Source of the DNA: Clostridia bacterium | Lineage (GTDB): Bacteria > Bacillota > Clostridia > UBA1212 > DUPL01 | Assembly: GCA_050951325.1 (NCBI GenBank) | Contig: JBMNIW010000005.1 | Coordinates: forward strand, 224,001 to 288,000 | DNA length: 64,000 bases | Direction: 5' to 3' | Shown here: piece after piece, positions 37,742 to 48,236 of the stretch | Position numbering within the stretch: position 1 is the stretch's first letter | Layout: each line of letters opens with the position of its first letter | Notes under the pieces: model-generated | Database searches by the model: none | Told to the model about the DNA's origin: nothing | What the model saw: only the letters and a program-made list of their open reading frames with translations | Program-made: the position numbers and the translations under genes

Positions 37742-39220
37742 GTGGATAGATATGATATTTATCAGCAGATTGCCATAAGGACCAAAGGTGATATCTATAT
37801 CGGTGTTGTAGGTCCTGTACGAACTGGCAAGTCTACATTTATCAAAAGATTCATGGACCTTTTGGTCATACCAAACATAAGTGATCCCTACGAGAGAGAA
37901 CGTGCAGTGGATGAGCTGCCACAGAGTGCTGCTGGCAAAACGATTATGACAACCGAGCCAAAGTTCATACCAAATGAAGCTGCACAGATCACTGTTGGTG
38001 GAAACATCCAGCTTAAGGTAAGGTTGGTGGACTGTGTTGGATACCTTGTCAACAATGCACTTGGGTATCTTGAAAACGACATGCCCAGAATGGTTGACAC
38101 ACCTTGGTTTGATGATCCTATTCCATTTGGAGAAGCTGCTGAAATTGGCACCCAGAAGGTAATAAATGAGCACTCCACCATTGGCATTGTGGTCACCACT
38201 GATGGAAGCATAACGGAAATAAGAAGAGAAGACTATGTGGAGGCGGAAGAAAAGGTTATAAAAGAAATGCACGATACAGGAAAGCCTTTTGCAATTCTTC
38301 TCAATTGTGTTGATCCAAATGCGGAGCATGTGCCTGAGTTAAGAGATAATTTGTACGAAAAATACAACGTCCCTGTAATTCCCGTCAACTGCAGCGAAAT
38401 GGAACAGAGTGATGTCAATTTAATAATGAGGACAATTCTCTATGAGTTTCCAATCTGTGAAATTGGGTTCAATGTACCGCAATGGATGGAAAGTCTGGAT
38501 TATGACGAAAACCTCAAAGTTGATTTGATAGAAGCTATCAAGGAAGCATTTGCAGAATGTGACAGATTGAGGTCCGTTGAGGAATGTGCAAACCTTATTG
38601 AAAATGCACAGTTTATCAAGAGGGCACAGATAACGGAAGTTAATGCAGGCAAAGGTACTGCTTTGATTGAGCTTGCTATGCCCGATGAACTCTTCTACAA
38701 GATTCTTTCCGATAGATCCGGTCTTGATATAAATGACGATAGAGCGCTTATCAACATGATTAAAGACCTTGGCAGAATAAAGAGAGCGTACGAAAGACTT
38801 GAATATGCTTTAAGGGAAGTTGAACTAAAAGGTTATGGAATTGTTATGCCAACCGTTGATGAGATGAGGCTTGAAGATCCTGAGATTGTAAGACAGGGCA
38901 ACAGGTTTGGCGTGAGATTAAGAGCGTCGGCACCATCGATCCACATGATAAAGGCTGATATAGAAACAGAAATCGCACCTTTTGTCGGAACAGAAAAACA
39001 ATCCGAAGAGCTTGTAAATTACATACTAAGCGAATTTGAAAGTGATCCGAACAGCATCTGGTCGTCAAACTTGTTTGGCAAGCCATTGAATGAACTCATG
39101 AGCGAAGGATTGTCAAATAAATTGAGCAGGATACCTGATGACGAACGTCTCAAACTCCAGGAAACAATTGAAAGAGTCATTAACGAAGGTAGCGGAGGAC
39201 TTATCTGCATAATCCTGTAA
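37742..39220 (+). CDS. spoIVA: Stage IV sporulation protein A
   Basis: IYIGVVGPVRTGKSTFIKRF, MTTEPKF, HSTIGIVVTTDGS, C-terminal GSGGLICIIL. Confidence 0.97.
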   Translation: MDRYDIYQQIAIRTKGDIYIGVVGPVRTGKSTFIKRFMDLLVIPNISDPYERERAVDELPQSAAGKTIMTTEPKFIPNEAAQITVGGNIQLKVRLVDCVGYLVNNALGYLENDMPRMVDTPWFDDPIPFGEAAEIGTQKVINEHSTIGIVVTTDGSITEIRREDYVEAEEKVIKEMHDTGKPFAILLNCVDPNAEHVPELRDNLYEKYNVPVIPVNCSEMEQSDVNLIMRTILYEFPICEIGFNVPQWMESLDYDENLKVDLIEAIKEAFAECDRLRSVEECANLIENAQFIKRAQITEVNAGKGTALIELAMPDELFYKILSDRSGLDINDDRALINMIKDLGRIKRAYERLEYALREVELKGYGIVMPTVDEMRLEDPEIVRQGNRFGVRLRASAPSIHMIKADIETEIAPFVGTEKQSEELVNYILSEFESDPNSIWSSNLFGKPLNELMSEGLSNKLSRIPDDERLKLQETIERVINEGSGGLICIIL

Positions 39221-39344
39221 CCAAATATATTAATACAGAATATCGGGAAGCTTGTATAAGTTTTTCGGTATTTTTCTATACCTGATTCTAATTTTTATGC
39301 TATAATGTACAATGGATTCATAATAACAGATGGAGTGAAGATTG

Positions 39345-40610
39345 ATGCACATAAATACCAAATGCGTACAGGAAGGTTATAACCCCACTAAGGGTGAACC
39401 TAGAGTCATACCCATAATTCAAAGTACAACTTTCAAGTACGATACGGCAGAACAACTGGGTGACTTGTTTGATTTAAAAACAGATGGTTTTTTCTATTCT
39501 CGACTGGCTAACCCCACAGTTGCAGCTGTTGAAAGAAAACTGGCTTCATTGGAAGGTGGGGTTGGCTGCGTTTTAACCTCTTCCGGTCAGAGTGCCAATT
39601 TCTTTGCAGTATTAAACATCTGCCAGGCAGGAGACCATGTAATATCACAAAGCGCCATCTACGGCGGAACATACAATCTATTCAACAACACAATGAAGGA
39701 TATGGGTATAGAATTCACATTTCTTAAGCCTGATGCTACAGAAGAAGAAATTGAAAGCGCATTCAGAGAGAATACCAAATGTGTATTTGCAGAATGTCTT
39801 TCAAATCCATCTTTGAACGTTCTTGATGTGGAAATGTATGCAAATTACGCCCACAAACACGGTGTCCCCCTTATAGTTGACAACACTTTTCCAACCCCTG
39901 TAAACTTGAGACCTATTGAATATGGTGCTGACATAGTAACACATTCAACAACAAAATATTTGGACGGACATGCAGTAAGTCTTGGTGGAGCAATAATAGA
40001 CAGCGGCAACTTTAATTGGGACAACGGCAAGTATCCCAAACTTACAACTCCGGACGAGTCCTATCACGGCATTATATATACTGAGAAATTTGGCAAAGGT
40101 GCATATATTGCAAAACTTACTACTCATTTAATGAGAGATATAGGCGCAATGATGTCTCCTCAGAATGCCTTTTATCTGAATCTGGGACTTGAAACTTTGT
40201 TTTTAAGAATGGAAAGACATTGTCAAAACGCACAGGCCGTAGCCGAGTTTCTTGAAAATCATGAAAAAGTCACTTGGGTCAATTATCCGTCATTGAAATC
40301 AAGCAGCCAGTACGAAAAGTGCATGAAATACATGCCTGAGGGTACCTGCGGCGTTATTTCATTCGGTGTAAAGGGCGGCAGGGAAAGTGCAACAAAATTC
40401 ATGAACAATCTGAAGCTTGCTGCAATTGTAACTCATGTGGCAGATCTTAGGACCTGTGTAATCCATCCTGCAAGCACAACGCACAGGCAAATGTCGGATG
40501 AAGAGCTTGAAGTTGCTGGAGTTGCCCCAGACCTTATCAGAATGTCCATCGGAATTGAGCATGTTGATGACATAATCAAGGATATTGAACAGAGTTTGGA
40601 GAAAATATAA
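39345..40610 (+). CDS. metY: O-acetylhomoserine sulfhydrylase (aminocarboxypropyltransferase)
   Basis: YSRLANPT, IVDNTF, HSTTKY (PLP Lys), HPASTTHRQ. Confidence 0.9.
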   Translation: MHINTKCVQEGYNPTKGEPRVIPIIQSTTFKYDTAEQLGDLFDLKTDGFFYSRLANPTVAAVERKLASLEGGVGCVLTSSGQSANFFAVLNICQAGDHVISQSAIYGGTYNLFNNTMKDMGIEFTFLKPDATEEEIESAFRENTKCVFAECLSNPSLNVLDVEMYANYAHKHGVPLIVDNTFPTPVNLRPIEYGADIVTHSTTKYLDGHAVSLGGAIIDSGNFNWDNGKYPKLTTPDESYHGIIYTEKFGKGAYIAKLTTHLMRDIGAMMSPQNAFYLNLGLETLFLRMERHCQNAQAVAEFLENHEKVTWVNYPSLKSSSQYEKCMKYMPEGTCGVISFGVKGGRESATKFMNNLKLAAIVTHVADLRTCVIHPASTTHRQMSDEELEVAGVAPDLIRMSIGIEHVDDIIKDIEQSLEKI

Positions 40611-40627
40611 AGATAGGAGAATGATAT

Positions 40628-42085
40628 ATGATTACACTAGATAGAGTACTTGAGCTTTTCAATGAGTTAAATACGTATCCGAGGGAGTCGGGAAACAGAA
40701 AACCAGTTGCAGATTATCTGTGTAACTTTGCACAGGAAAAAGGGCTTGAGTATTACAGGGATGAATACGAAAATGTTGTTATTAAGAAAGAAGCCTCAAA
40801 AGGCATGGAGAACAGTCCGTCATTGATTCTGCAAGCCCATTATGACATGGTTTGTGTCAAGGATGAAGATGTGGACCATGACTTTTCCAAAGATCCCATA
40901 ACCTCATATATCGAAGATGGCTGGCTGAAGGCAAGAGGGACAACACTTGGAGCCGATAATGGCATCGGCGTAGCAATAATGCTTGCATTTCTTGAAAGTG
41001 ATACAATAACCCCATATCTGGAATGTGTCTTTACATCGGACGAAGAAACAAACATGGAAGGCGCAAAGTACCTTGACAAGAGTATTCTTAAAAGCAGGTA
41101 TATGATTAATCTTGATGAGGAAACCGAGGACAGCATTACTGTTTCTTCAGCAGGAATTTCTGATATCAGGTTGAATTACAGCAAAAATGATATTCTGGAA
41201 GAATACGTAAACGAGACTAAAACGGTTGTAGAGATAAATATTGATGGATTGAAAGGTGGTCACTCCGGTATAGATATTAAATACAACAGGGTTAATGCAA
41301 TCAAACTTGTATGCGACCTTTTGTATTGGCTTTCGCCGTTCAATGTTGAAGTTTTGGATATCAAGGCAGGAACCCATATGAATGCCATTCCGAAGGATGC
41401 TTGTGTTATTTTGTCTGTAGAAAATGACACTTATGATAATTTTAGAAAATTTATAGACAAATATACACGAGAAAAACAGCTAAAATACAAGGAAGCAGAA
41501 CCCGGTTTTACCCTTGTTATGCAAGAGTCAGACAGAATATTTGATAAAAAACTTAAGGATAGTTTTGTGACTTCGTTAATAAAAATGGTGAGTGAACTTC
41601 CTTGTGGCGCACTAGCATTTGAAAGGGAGATAAAAGACGTGGTAGAAACATCTGCCAACATTGGTAGAATTGTTTCTGAGTATGATATTTTATCCGTATG
41701 GGTTAGTGTAAGAAGTTCTGTGGATGAAAAACTTGATAGTTTGGTCGAAACAATTACAGTTACTGGTAAGAAATATGAATCCGAGGTAAAGGTAGGTTTT
41801 CATGAGTATGGATGGCCTGTAAACAAGGATTCAAAACTTGTACCGTATCTTTTGAAGATAAAGGAAGAAAGGAAGGAGAAACTGCCAAAAGTAGTTGGTA
41901 TCCATGCTGGTCTTGAATGCGGAACATTTTCAAGAAAAATAGAGAATGCAGACATCTGTGCAATAGGACCGAATATTATGAATCCTCATACTACCAGTGA
42001 AAAAGTAGAGGTTAAGTCAATTGAAAACTTCGTTGGATTTTTAGAGACGGTTATTAATAGGTTTGATGAAATTGAAAGGCATTAA
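40628..42085 (+). CDS. pepD: Aminoacyl-histidine dipeptidase (M20C)
   Basis: LQAHYDMV, TTLGADNGIG, DEE, GGHSG, HAGLECG, HTTSE. Confidence 0.88.
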   Translation: MITLDRVLELFNELNTYPRESGNRKPVADYLCNFAQEKGLEYYRDEYENVVIKKEASKGMENSPSLILQAHYDMVCVKDEDVDHDFSKDPITSYIEDGWLKARGTTLGADNGIGVAIMLAFLESDTITPYLECVFTSDEETNMEGAKYLDKSILKSRYMINLDEETEDSITVSSAGISDIRLNYSKNDILEEYVNETKTVVEINIDGLKGGHSGIDIKYNRVNAIKLVCDLLYWLSPFNVEVLDIKAGTHMNAIPKDACVILSVENDTYDNFRKFIDKYTREKQLKYKEAEPGFTLVMQESDRIFDKKLKDSFVTSLIKMVSELPCGALAFEREIKDVVETSANIGRIVSEYDILSVWVSVRSSVDEKLDSLVETITVTGKKYESEVKVGFHEYGWPVNKDSKLVPYLLKIKEERKEKLPKVVGIHAGLECGTFSRKIENADICAIGPNIMNPHTTSEKVEVKSIENFVGFLETVINRFDEIERH

Positions 42086-42100
42086 GCCTTTCAATTTCAT
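42066..42100. terminator. Hairpin at the convergent gene junction
   Basis: ATGAAATTGAAAGGC-ATTAA-GCCTTTCAATTTCAT 15-bp stem overlapping both gene ends. Confidence 0.7.
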
Positions 42101-43329
42101 TTATATCGTCTTTCAATTTCTTCCCTTACAATTCTAGTCCATTTAACAATGGCATTTTCATCGCCTGAAACAGTTTCAACATCTTTTAATGTGATATCGA
42201 ACACGCATTTGTTTGCGTCGAAAATGTCGAAAGCCTCACGCAACTCCTTACGAACATAATCTTCATCGACACCAAAGGAGACCGCCGTGGATGGATTGGG
42301 CCGCCACGAAAGAACATAGTGATTACCAATCTGTTCAGCGCATTTTTTCACATCTGCAAAAGGTGAAACGGCTATTCTTCGTAAATTCTTAAGACTTTTA
42401 ATAATATCGATTTTATATGTAAGATCCTCACAGCAACCATATGCTACAAGACCGTACCTTTCCAGGATTGGCTTTTGATAATCGAACATGAATTCCTTAA
42501 ACAAAGCAGGACCAAAAGTGGTAAACTCCTGAGCTGCCATGTATCCCCAAAGTTGTTTTGCTGATACGGAACCTTTACCAGCTGCTGGAGGTTGAAGTTC
42601 TCTTGCATAGGGCATTGCCTGGTTCTGATGATTTATTAACTTAAACCCATTTGCTGATTCTGTCTGCTCCATATGCATCAATATCTTGCTTTGCATAAAA
42701 GAGAGGAGTCTGTGGAGCCATGCAGGTCTGTCGTAGACATCCCACATTATCTGTTCAAGGCCTCTAAGTTGCGCAAGTATTGTTGATATGTCATTTACCC
42801 ACATGGAACTAAGAATGCCTTGTCTGTCCACTTCCACAGGCATGATATCGCCAATCAAATCATTTAGGTGATCAAATCTTTCCTTCGTAACTTTTTCATC
42901 CACTTCATAGTCCATAACATGAAGCTTTTCTATGTCTTCCTCTTTCAATATCGAGGGCATGAATTTGGCAGCTCCACCAGGGACCTTGTCACTCAAGTGT
43001 GCTGGCATACCGTATACTCCCAAAGGTGATGATTTTAAATGTGCACGCACCACCACCCAAGGTTCTATTATTGTGTCATCATATAGTTTCATGCGATATC
43101 TGTTCATCAAAAAATTTATCTCCAAACTTCTCAATGTCGGAGTTTGACACTTTATTTCGTTTTTATCTATAAATTCATGAAAAGGTATTGCACGTATATA
43201 CACCGGAGGATAAGCAAATTCTAGACTATTGTGATTTGTCCACAGTTTCCGTCTTCTTTGCATTTCATCGGATTGTGCATATTCCATTGTTTCTTTTGCC
43301 AGATCCCTGATTCTCATTCTTTCATTCAT
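42097..43329 (-). CDS. Uroporphyrinogen-decarboxylase/MtaA-like TIM-barrel protein (function unknown)
   Basis: LRGLEQIMWDVYDRP, AQEF...PALFKEF, YGCCEDL, SWRPNP; start moved to ATG 43329 after GGGGTG. Confidence 0.6.
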   Translation of the reverse strand: MNERMRIRDLAKETMEYAQSDEMQRRRKLWTNHNSLEFAYPPVYIRAIPFHEFIDKNEIKCQTPTLRSLEINFLMNRYRMKLYDDTIIEPWVVVRAHLKSSPLGVYGMPAHLSDKVPGGAAKFMPSILKEEDIEKLHVMDYEVDEKVTKERFDHLNDLIGDIMPVEVDRQGILSSMWVNDISTILAQLRGLEQIMWDVYDRPAWLHRLLSFMQSKILMHMEQTESANGFKLINHQNQAMPYARELQPPAAGKGSVSAKQLWGYMAAQEFTTFGPALFKEFMFDYQKPILERYGLVAYGCCEDLTYKIDIIKSLKNLRRIAVSPFADVKKCAEQIGNHYVLSWRPNPSTAVSFGVDEDYVRKELREAFDIFDANKCVFDITLKDVETVSGDENAIVKWTRIVREEIERRYK

Positions 43330-43333
43330 AAAG

Positions 43334-44362
43334 TCACCCCATGCTTTTCGGAAAGGTAATTGAAAATGTGGTCCCCCTGTCAGGCTCGCTTTGTACATGA
43401 ATTTTACCATTGCAAAGTTCAACTATACGCTTTACCATTGGAAGGCCGAGTCCGTTGCCGGACGAAGTTCTGCTTGTATCTCCCTGATAGAATTTGTCAA
43501 AAATTCTGGATAATACATCGCTTGTCATTCCAACTCCATAATCCTTTATGCTTACAATAATCTCATTTTCTTTTTCTTTCGCAGTAATTTCGATTTTACC
43601 ATTTTCCTTGGATGCATTTACAGCATTGCTAAGAAGGTTTGTCCAAAGCTGTTCGGTTATGTCTTTATTGCCATGGTATGTTATTGGGTCCAAATCAAGT
43701 ATTATCTGAAGATTTTTCCTGGTCCATGTTTTTTCCAGAAGAATTACACTATGTCTTATCTGTTCATCCAAAGAAAAAGAGGTCTTGTCCGTTACTATGT
43801 TTTGAGACTCCAGTTTTGTCAGGTAGAGTATGTTTGTTGACAAGTTTGCAAGATTTTCGCTTTCCTGTGCAATTATTTCAATATATTTTTTCTTTTTCTC
43901 ATCTGAAATGTTTTCCTTTTGGAGCTGCTTTGCAAAACCCTGGATTGAAACAATAGGTGTTTTGAACTCGTGGGAAAAATTGCTTATGAAGTCGGACCTG
44001 AACATTTCAATACTGGCAAGCTCTCTCACCATCTTGTTAAAATCCTTTATTAGCATTTCAATTTCACCGATGGTTTTTGCGTCGTCCACCTGTACTGTGA
44101 AATTTCCCTTGGCTACTTCTTTTGTGGCTCTTGCAATATCTTTTATAGGTTTCAATATGAAGTTGGCCAGAAAATGGGCCAAAAGGGTACCGAGCAAGCT
44201 GCTGACCGACAGCACTATAATGGGAGCCCAGATTGTAGGGTAGTAAAGAAGGTCAAGCCAGTTTAGAATTACTCCCAATAAAGTTGTCAGTATGCCAGAC
44301 AAAAGCATTATAACCAAAACAAACAGAGTAGTCCTTCCGCGCAATGTCTTAATCCTCAGCAT
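43334..44362 (-). CDS. HAMP sensor histidine kinase (intramembrane-sensing, HssS-like)
   Basis: Two close TM helices, HAMP, SHEFKTP, NLLSNA, DYGVG, GNGLGL. Confidence 0.92.
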   Translation of the reverse strand: MLRIKTLRGRTTLFVLVIMLLSGILTTLLGVILNWLDLLYYPTIWAPIIVLSVSSLLGTLLAHFLANFILKPIKDIARATKEVAKGNFTVQVDDAKTIGEIEMLIKDFNKMVRELASIEMFRSDFISNFSHEFKTPIVSIQGFAKQLQKENISDEKKKKYIEIIAQESENLANLSTNILYLTKLESQNIVTDKTSFSLDEQIRHSVILLEKTWTRKNLQIILDLDPITYHGNKDITEQLWTNLLSNAVNASKENGKIEITAKEKENEIIVSIKDYGVGMTSDVLSRIFDKFYQGDTSRTSSGNGLGLPMVKRIVELCNGKIHVQSEPDRGTTFSITFPKSMG

Positions 44363-45033
44363 TATATCTTCACCGCCTTGTAACCAAGTCCCCTGACAGT
44401 AACTATGTCAAAATCATTGTTATCCTTGAATTTTTCACGCAATCTGCTTATGTGTACATCAATTGTGTGCCAGTCAGACCGACTGTCCATTCCCCATATT
44501 TCATCCAGCAGCTGGGCTCTTGTAAATATGGTTCCCTGATAGGATAGCAGTTTGAAGAGGAGCAGAAACTCTTTTTGTGGAAGATACCTTTCTCCCTTGC
44601 TGTCAACCACAAGCAGCTTGTCATAATAGAGGGTTGTGTTGCCAATTACAAGTTTGCGTTCGTTGGCTATTTTGGCTCTCCTTAAAATGGCGGCAATTCT
44701 TAAAAGCATTTCTTCCATGTCAATTGGTTTAACCATGTAATCATCAGCACCCAGCAAAAAGCCTTTCTTGATGTCACCAGGTGTGTCTTTTGCTGTAACC
44801 ATCAATATTGGTGTATTGACATTAGCACTCCTTATTGTTTTTGTAAATTTAAAACCATCCATGTTTGGCATCATAATGTCCAAAATGATCAAGTCCACAT
44901 GCTGCTTGTCCAGTACATCAAGAGCCTCCAAACCGTCCTTTGCAAGTATTGGCGTATAACCATTTTCCTTGAGCACATCTTCCATCAATATGCGGGCATT
45001 TTTGTTATCTTCAACTACCAAAATCTTAACCAC
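44362..45033 (-). CDS. OmpR-family response regulator (HssR-like)
   Basis: VVED, LDIMMP, GADDYMVKP, IFTRAQLLDEIWG, TVRGLGYK. Confidence 0.93.
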   Translation of the reverse strand: MVKILVVEDNKNARILMEDVLKENGYTPILAKDGLEALDVLDKQHVDLIILDIMMPNMDGFKFTKTIRSANVNTPILMVTAKDTPGDIKKGFLLGADDYMVKPIDMEEMLLRIAAILRRAKIANERKLVIGNTTLYYDKLLVVDSKGERYLPQKEFLLLFKLLSYQGTIFTRAQLLDEIWGMDSRSDWHTIDVHISRLREKFKDNNDFDIVTVRGLGYKAVKI

Positions 45034-45114
45034 TTTGTATTCCTCCTTAACTACATGTTACATTTTACAACAAATATCTAAGGAAAGTATAAACTTTTGA
45101 TAAAATCAATTTTT

Positions 45115-45147
45115 GTTGAGATTCAGTTGAGAAATGACTGGCATAAT
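45115..45147 (+). promoter_or_regulatory. OmpR-type direct-repeat operator plus -10 of the ABC transporter promoter
   Basis: GTTGAGATT-CA-GTTGAGAAA (11-bp period) in place of a -35, then CATAAT. Confidence 0.6.
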
Positions 45148-45183
45148 ATGCTTTGTTGTTCATTAATGGAAAGGGGTTAGTAT

Positions 45184-48129
45184 ATGCTTGAACTTAAAAA
45201 CATTACAAAAGATTATGTCATAGGCGATTTCAAAGTTAAAGCGTTAAAAGGTATTGATATCAAGTTTAGAAAAAATGAATTTGTTTGCATCCTGGGACCA
45301 TCAGGATGTGGAAAAACAACACTATTGAATATTATCGGAGGATTGGACAAGTATACATCCGGAGACCTTGTAATAGATAATAAATCAACAAAGCAATTTA
45401 CAGACAGAGACTGGGATACATACAGAAATCACAGAGTTGGTTTCGTTTTCCAAAACTATAACCTTATACCACACCAAACTGTTTTATCAAATGTGGAGCT
45501 CGCCCTTACCCTCTCAGGTGTTTCAAAACAGGAAAGAAAGAAAAGAGCTGTTGAAGCGCTGGAGAAGGTAGGGCTGGGCGACCAGATATACAAAAAGCCG
45601 AACCAGATGTCCGGAGGACAGATGCAAAGGGTTGCAATTGCAAGAGCCCTTGTGAACAATCCTGATATAATTCTGGCTGACGAACCTACCGGTGCTTTGG
45701 ATTCTGAAACCAGCAAACAGATAATGGAGTTGTTGAAAGAGATATCCAAGGACAAACTTATAGTTATGGTTACCCATAATGCAGACATTGCTGACAGTTA
45801 TGCTACAAGAATTGTCAGACTTTTGGATGGTCATGTTGTCAGCGACTCAGACCCTTACAAAGGATCTACAATTGAAATAGGGGAAACGGTAAAGGAAAAG
45901 AAGAGAAAGAAGGAAAGCAAAAAGAAAACTTCCATGTCCTTCTTTACTGCACTGTCCCTATCGCTTAACAATCTGTTGACGAAGAAGACGAGAACATTTT
46001 TGACCAGCTTTGCCGGCTCCATAGGCATAATTGGAATTGCACTTATTATGGCGGTATCCACAGGAGTTCAGTCGTATATAGACATGGTGCAGAGAGATAC
46101 ATTGTCCAGTTATCCGATAACACTGGAATCTGAGTTTATGGAATTGTCAGCTCTACTGGAAACCATCTCTAAAAAGAATGATGATGACAAGGAACATGAG
46201 CTTGATGCAGTGTATCCAAATCCGGTTATGGCAGAGCTTGTAAACAAGTTGAACACGGCAGAAACCAGGAAAAACAATCTTAAGGCCTTCAAGAAGTATC
46301 TTGAAGAAAATGCAAATAATCTTGATTTTCTGTCTTCTATACAATACATGTATGATTTGAACCTGAACATTTACTCAAAAGATGTTGAAGGCAAAATATT
46401 TAAATCCGACATACAAGAATTGATGAACAGATTCATGGGGGGAGGTTCTTCTCAAAACAGGTACTCCAGTCCATTTTCCTCAAGCTTTAATGTATGGCAG
46501 GAAATAATGCCTGGAAAGAATGGCGAAACCATAGTAGATACCGTCTACGAACAGTATGATGTTATTTATGGCAAGATGCCAGAAAACCATGATGAAATAG
46601 TACTTATCGTTGACGAGAAAAATGAAATAAGCGACATGGTATTGTTCTCACTGGGATTCATAACCGAAGAACAGATGATGAAAATCATGATGGCAGGTGC
46701 TGAAGGAAAAACGGTTGAACTTGACCTCAGAGATTCCTGGTCATATGAAGAAATCTGCGAAATGACCTTCAAGGTGGTATTGAATGCAGACAAATATCAA
46801 AAACAGGATAATGGCAGGTATGTGGACTTGAGTGAGACAGAGGCGGGGCTTGCTTTCCTTTATGACAATGCTTCTGTTGACTTGAAAGTAGTGGGAATCC
46901 TTCGTCCGAAGGAAGACGCGGTAGCCACATCAATCAGCGGAGGAATAGGGTATACTTCAAAACTAACGGAGTTTGTTATCAATGAAACTTCAAGCAGGGA
47001 GATAGTCAAGGAACAGCTTGCAAATCCGGATATAGATGTAATTACAGGTCTTCCATTCAAGAACGAAGAGGCGGAGGAACTTACGGAAGAAGAAAAAATC
47101 ATCAAGGTGAATGAGTATTTCGCCGCTCTTGATAATATGGAGAAAGCTGCATTGTATATTAAAATCATGTCGGTACCAAGCAGTGAGTATCTTGAAAGTG
47201 CTGTAACGCAAACTCTAAGGTCAATGAGCGAGGAAGAGATAAAGCAAATGCTTGTAAAGGCATATGCTGAGCAAATGGGTCTTGACGAAGAACAGATTGC
47301 AGCATATGTTGAAAACATGGACAAAGAAACACGAACCGAGTATGCTTCACAGATACTTGCAGCTTCCATTTCCATGGAATATGCCAAGCAAGTACAGCAG
47401 GAACTTGGAGCACTTCCATCGGAACAGCTGGTATACTTGTTTGATAATGCACAGTTTACAAAAGAACAGTACCTGTATGTATTTGAAAACCTGATGCCGG
47501 CAACGGAATCTGAGAGCACGCTTGAAGACAACTTGAAGCTTCTGGGATATGTGGATTTGGAAGATCCCTTCATCATAAATCTTTATGCAACAACATTTGA
47601 AAACAAACAGTTGATTGCAGACATGATAAAGAAGTACAACAGAGGGGTGTCCGAGAATGATAAAATATCCTATGTGGATTATATAGAGCTGTTTATGTCA
47701 TCTATAACCACAATAATTAGCGCGATATCCTATGTACTTATGGCTTTTGTTGCAATATCCCTGATTGTTTCGTCAATCATGATAGGCATAATTACGTACA
47801 TTTCGGTTCTGGAAAGAACGAAGGAAATTGGTATACTGCGTGCAATTGGAGCATCCAAGAAAGACATATCCAGAGTATTTAATGCAGAGACTTTGATAGT
47901 CGGATTTGTGGCCGGTGCACTGGGTATTCTGATTACTCTGTTCCTGATTGTAATAGTAAACATAATACTCTTAAATCTAACAGGAATAGAGGCTCTAAGA
48001 GCGACACTGTCGATAGGTGGAGCGATAGTACTTGTTCTTATCAGCATGTTCCTGACATTGATTGCAGGACTCATACCTTCGAAGATTGCTTCGAAGAAAG
48101 ATCCGGTTATAGCATTGAGAACCGAATAA
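45184..48129 (+). CDS. MacB-like fused ABC ATP-binding/permease protein
   Basis: [27 protein letters not shown]; FtsX-type TMs, [17 protein letters not shown]; large extracellular domain. Confidence 0.92.
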   Translation: MLELKNITKDYVIGDFKVKALKGIDIKFRKNEFVCILGPSGCGKTTLLNIIGGLDKYTSGDLVIDNKSTKQFTDRDWDTYRNHRVGFVFQNYNLIPHQTVLSNVELALTLSGVSKQERKKRAVEALEKVGLGDQIYKKPNQMSGGQMQRVAIARALVNNPDIILADEPTGALDSETSKQIMELLKEISKDKLIVMVTHNADIADSYATRIVRLLDGHVVSDSDPYKGSTIEIGETVKEKKRKKESKKKTSMSFFTALSLSLNNLLTKKTRTFLTSFAGSIGIIGIALIMAVSTGVQSYIDMVQRDTLSSYPITLESEFMELSALLETISKKNDDDKEHELDAVYPNPVMAELVNKLNTAETRKNNLKAFKKYLEENANNLDFLSSIQYMYDLNLNIYSKDVEGKIFKSDIQELMNRFMGGGSSQNRYSSPFSSSFNVWQEIMPGKNGETIVDTVYEQYDVIYGKMPENHDEIVLIVDEKNEISDMVLFSLGFITEEQMMKIMMAGAEGKTVELDLRDSWSYEEICEMTFKVVLNADKYQKQDNGRYVDLSETEAGLAFLYDNASVDLKVVGILRPKEDAVATSISGGIGYTSKLTEFVINETSSREIVKEQLANPDIDVITGLPFKNEEAEELTEEEKIIKVNEYFAALDNMEKAALYIKIMSVPSSEYLESAVTQTLRSMSEEEIKQMLVKAYAEQMGLDEEQIAAYVENMDKETRTEYASQILAASISMEYAKQVQQELGALPSEQLVYLFDNAQFTKEQYLYVFENLMPATESESTLEDNLKLLGYVDLEDPFIINLYATTFENKQLIADMIKKYNRGVSENDKISYVDYIELFMSSITTIISAISYVLMAFVAISLIVSSIMIGIITYISVLERTKEIGILRAIGASKKDISRVFNAETLIVGFVAGALGILITLFLIVIVNIILLNLTGIEALRATLSIGGAIVLVLISMFLTLIAGLIPSKIASKKDPVIALRTE

Positions 48130-48134
48130 TCTTT

Positions 48135-48165
48135 AAGGGCTGCCTACACACGGCAGTTCTTTTTT
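48135..48165 (+). terminator. Intrinsic terminator
   Basis: AAGGGCTGCC...GGCAGTTCTT followed by a T tract. Confidence 0.7.
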
Positions 48166-48236
48166 AATTTCTTGTATTTCACAGTAAATTAATGTATAAT
48201 ATTTGAGTACGTTATATCATTTTTGGGGGTTAAACA

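Noticed and set aside
39221-39344. SAM riboswitch or T-box upstream of metY
   Set aside because: Only a terminator-like hairpin and a TGnTATAAT promoter are present; no S-box core.
46860-47576. 238-aa antisense ORF inside the ABC transporter, and the many similar Ser/Phe-rich shadow ORFs in the track
   Set aside because: Composition is typical of reverse-complement shadows of real genes.
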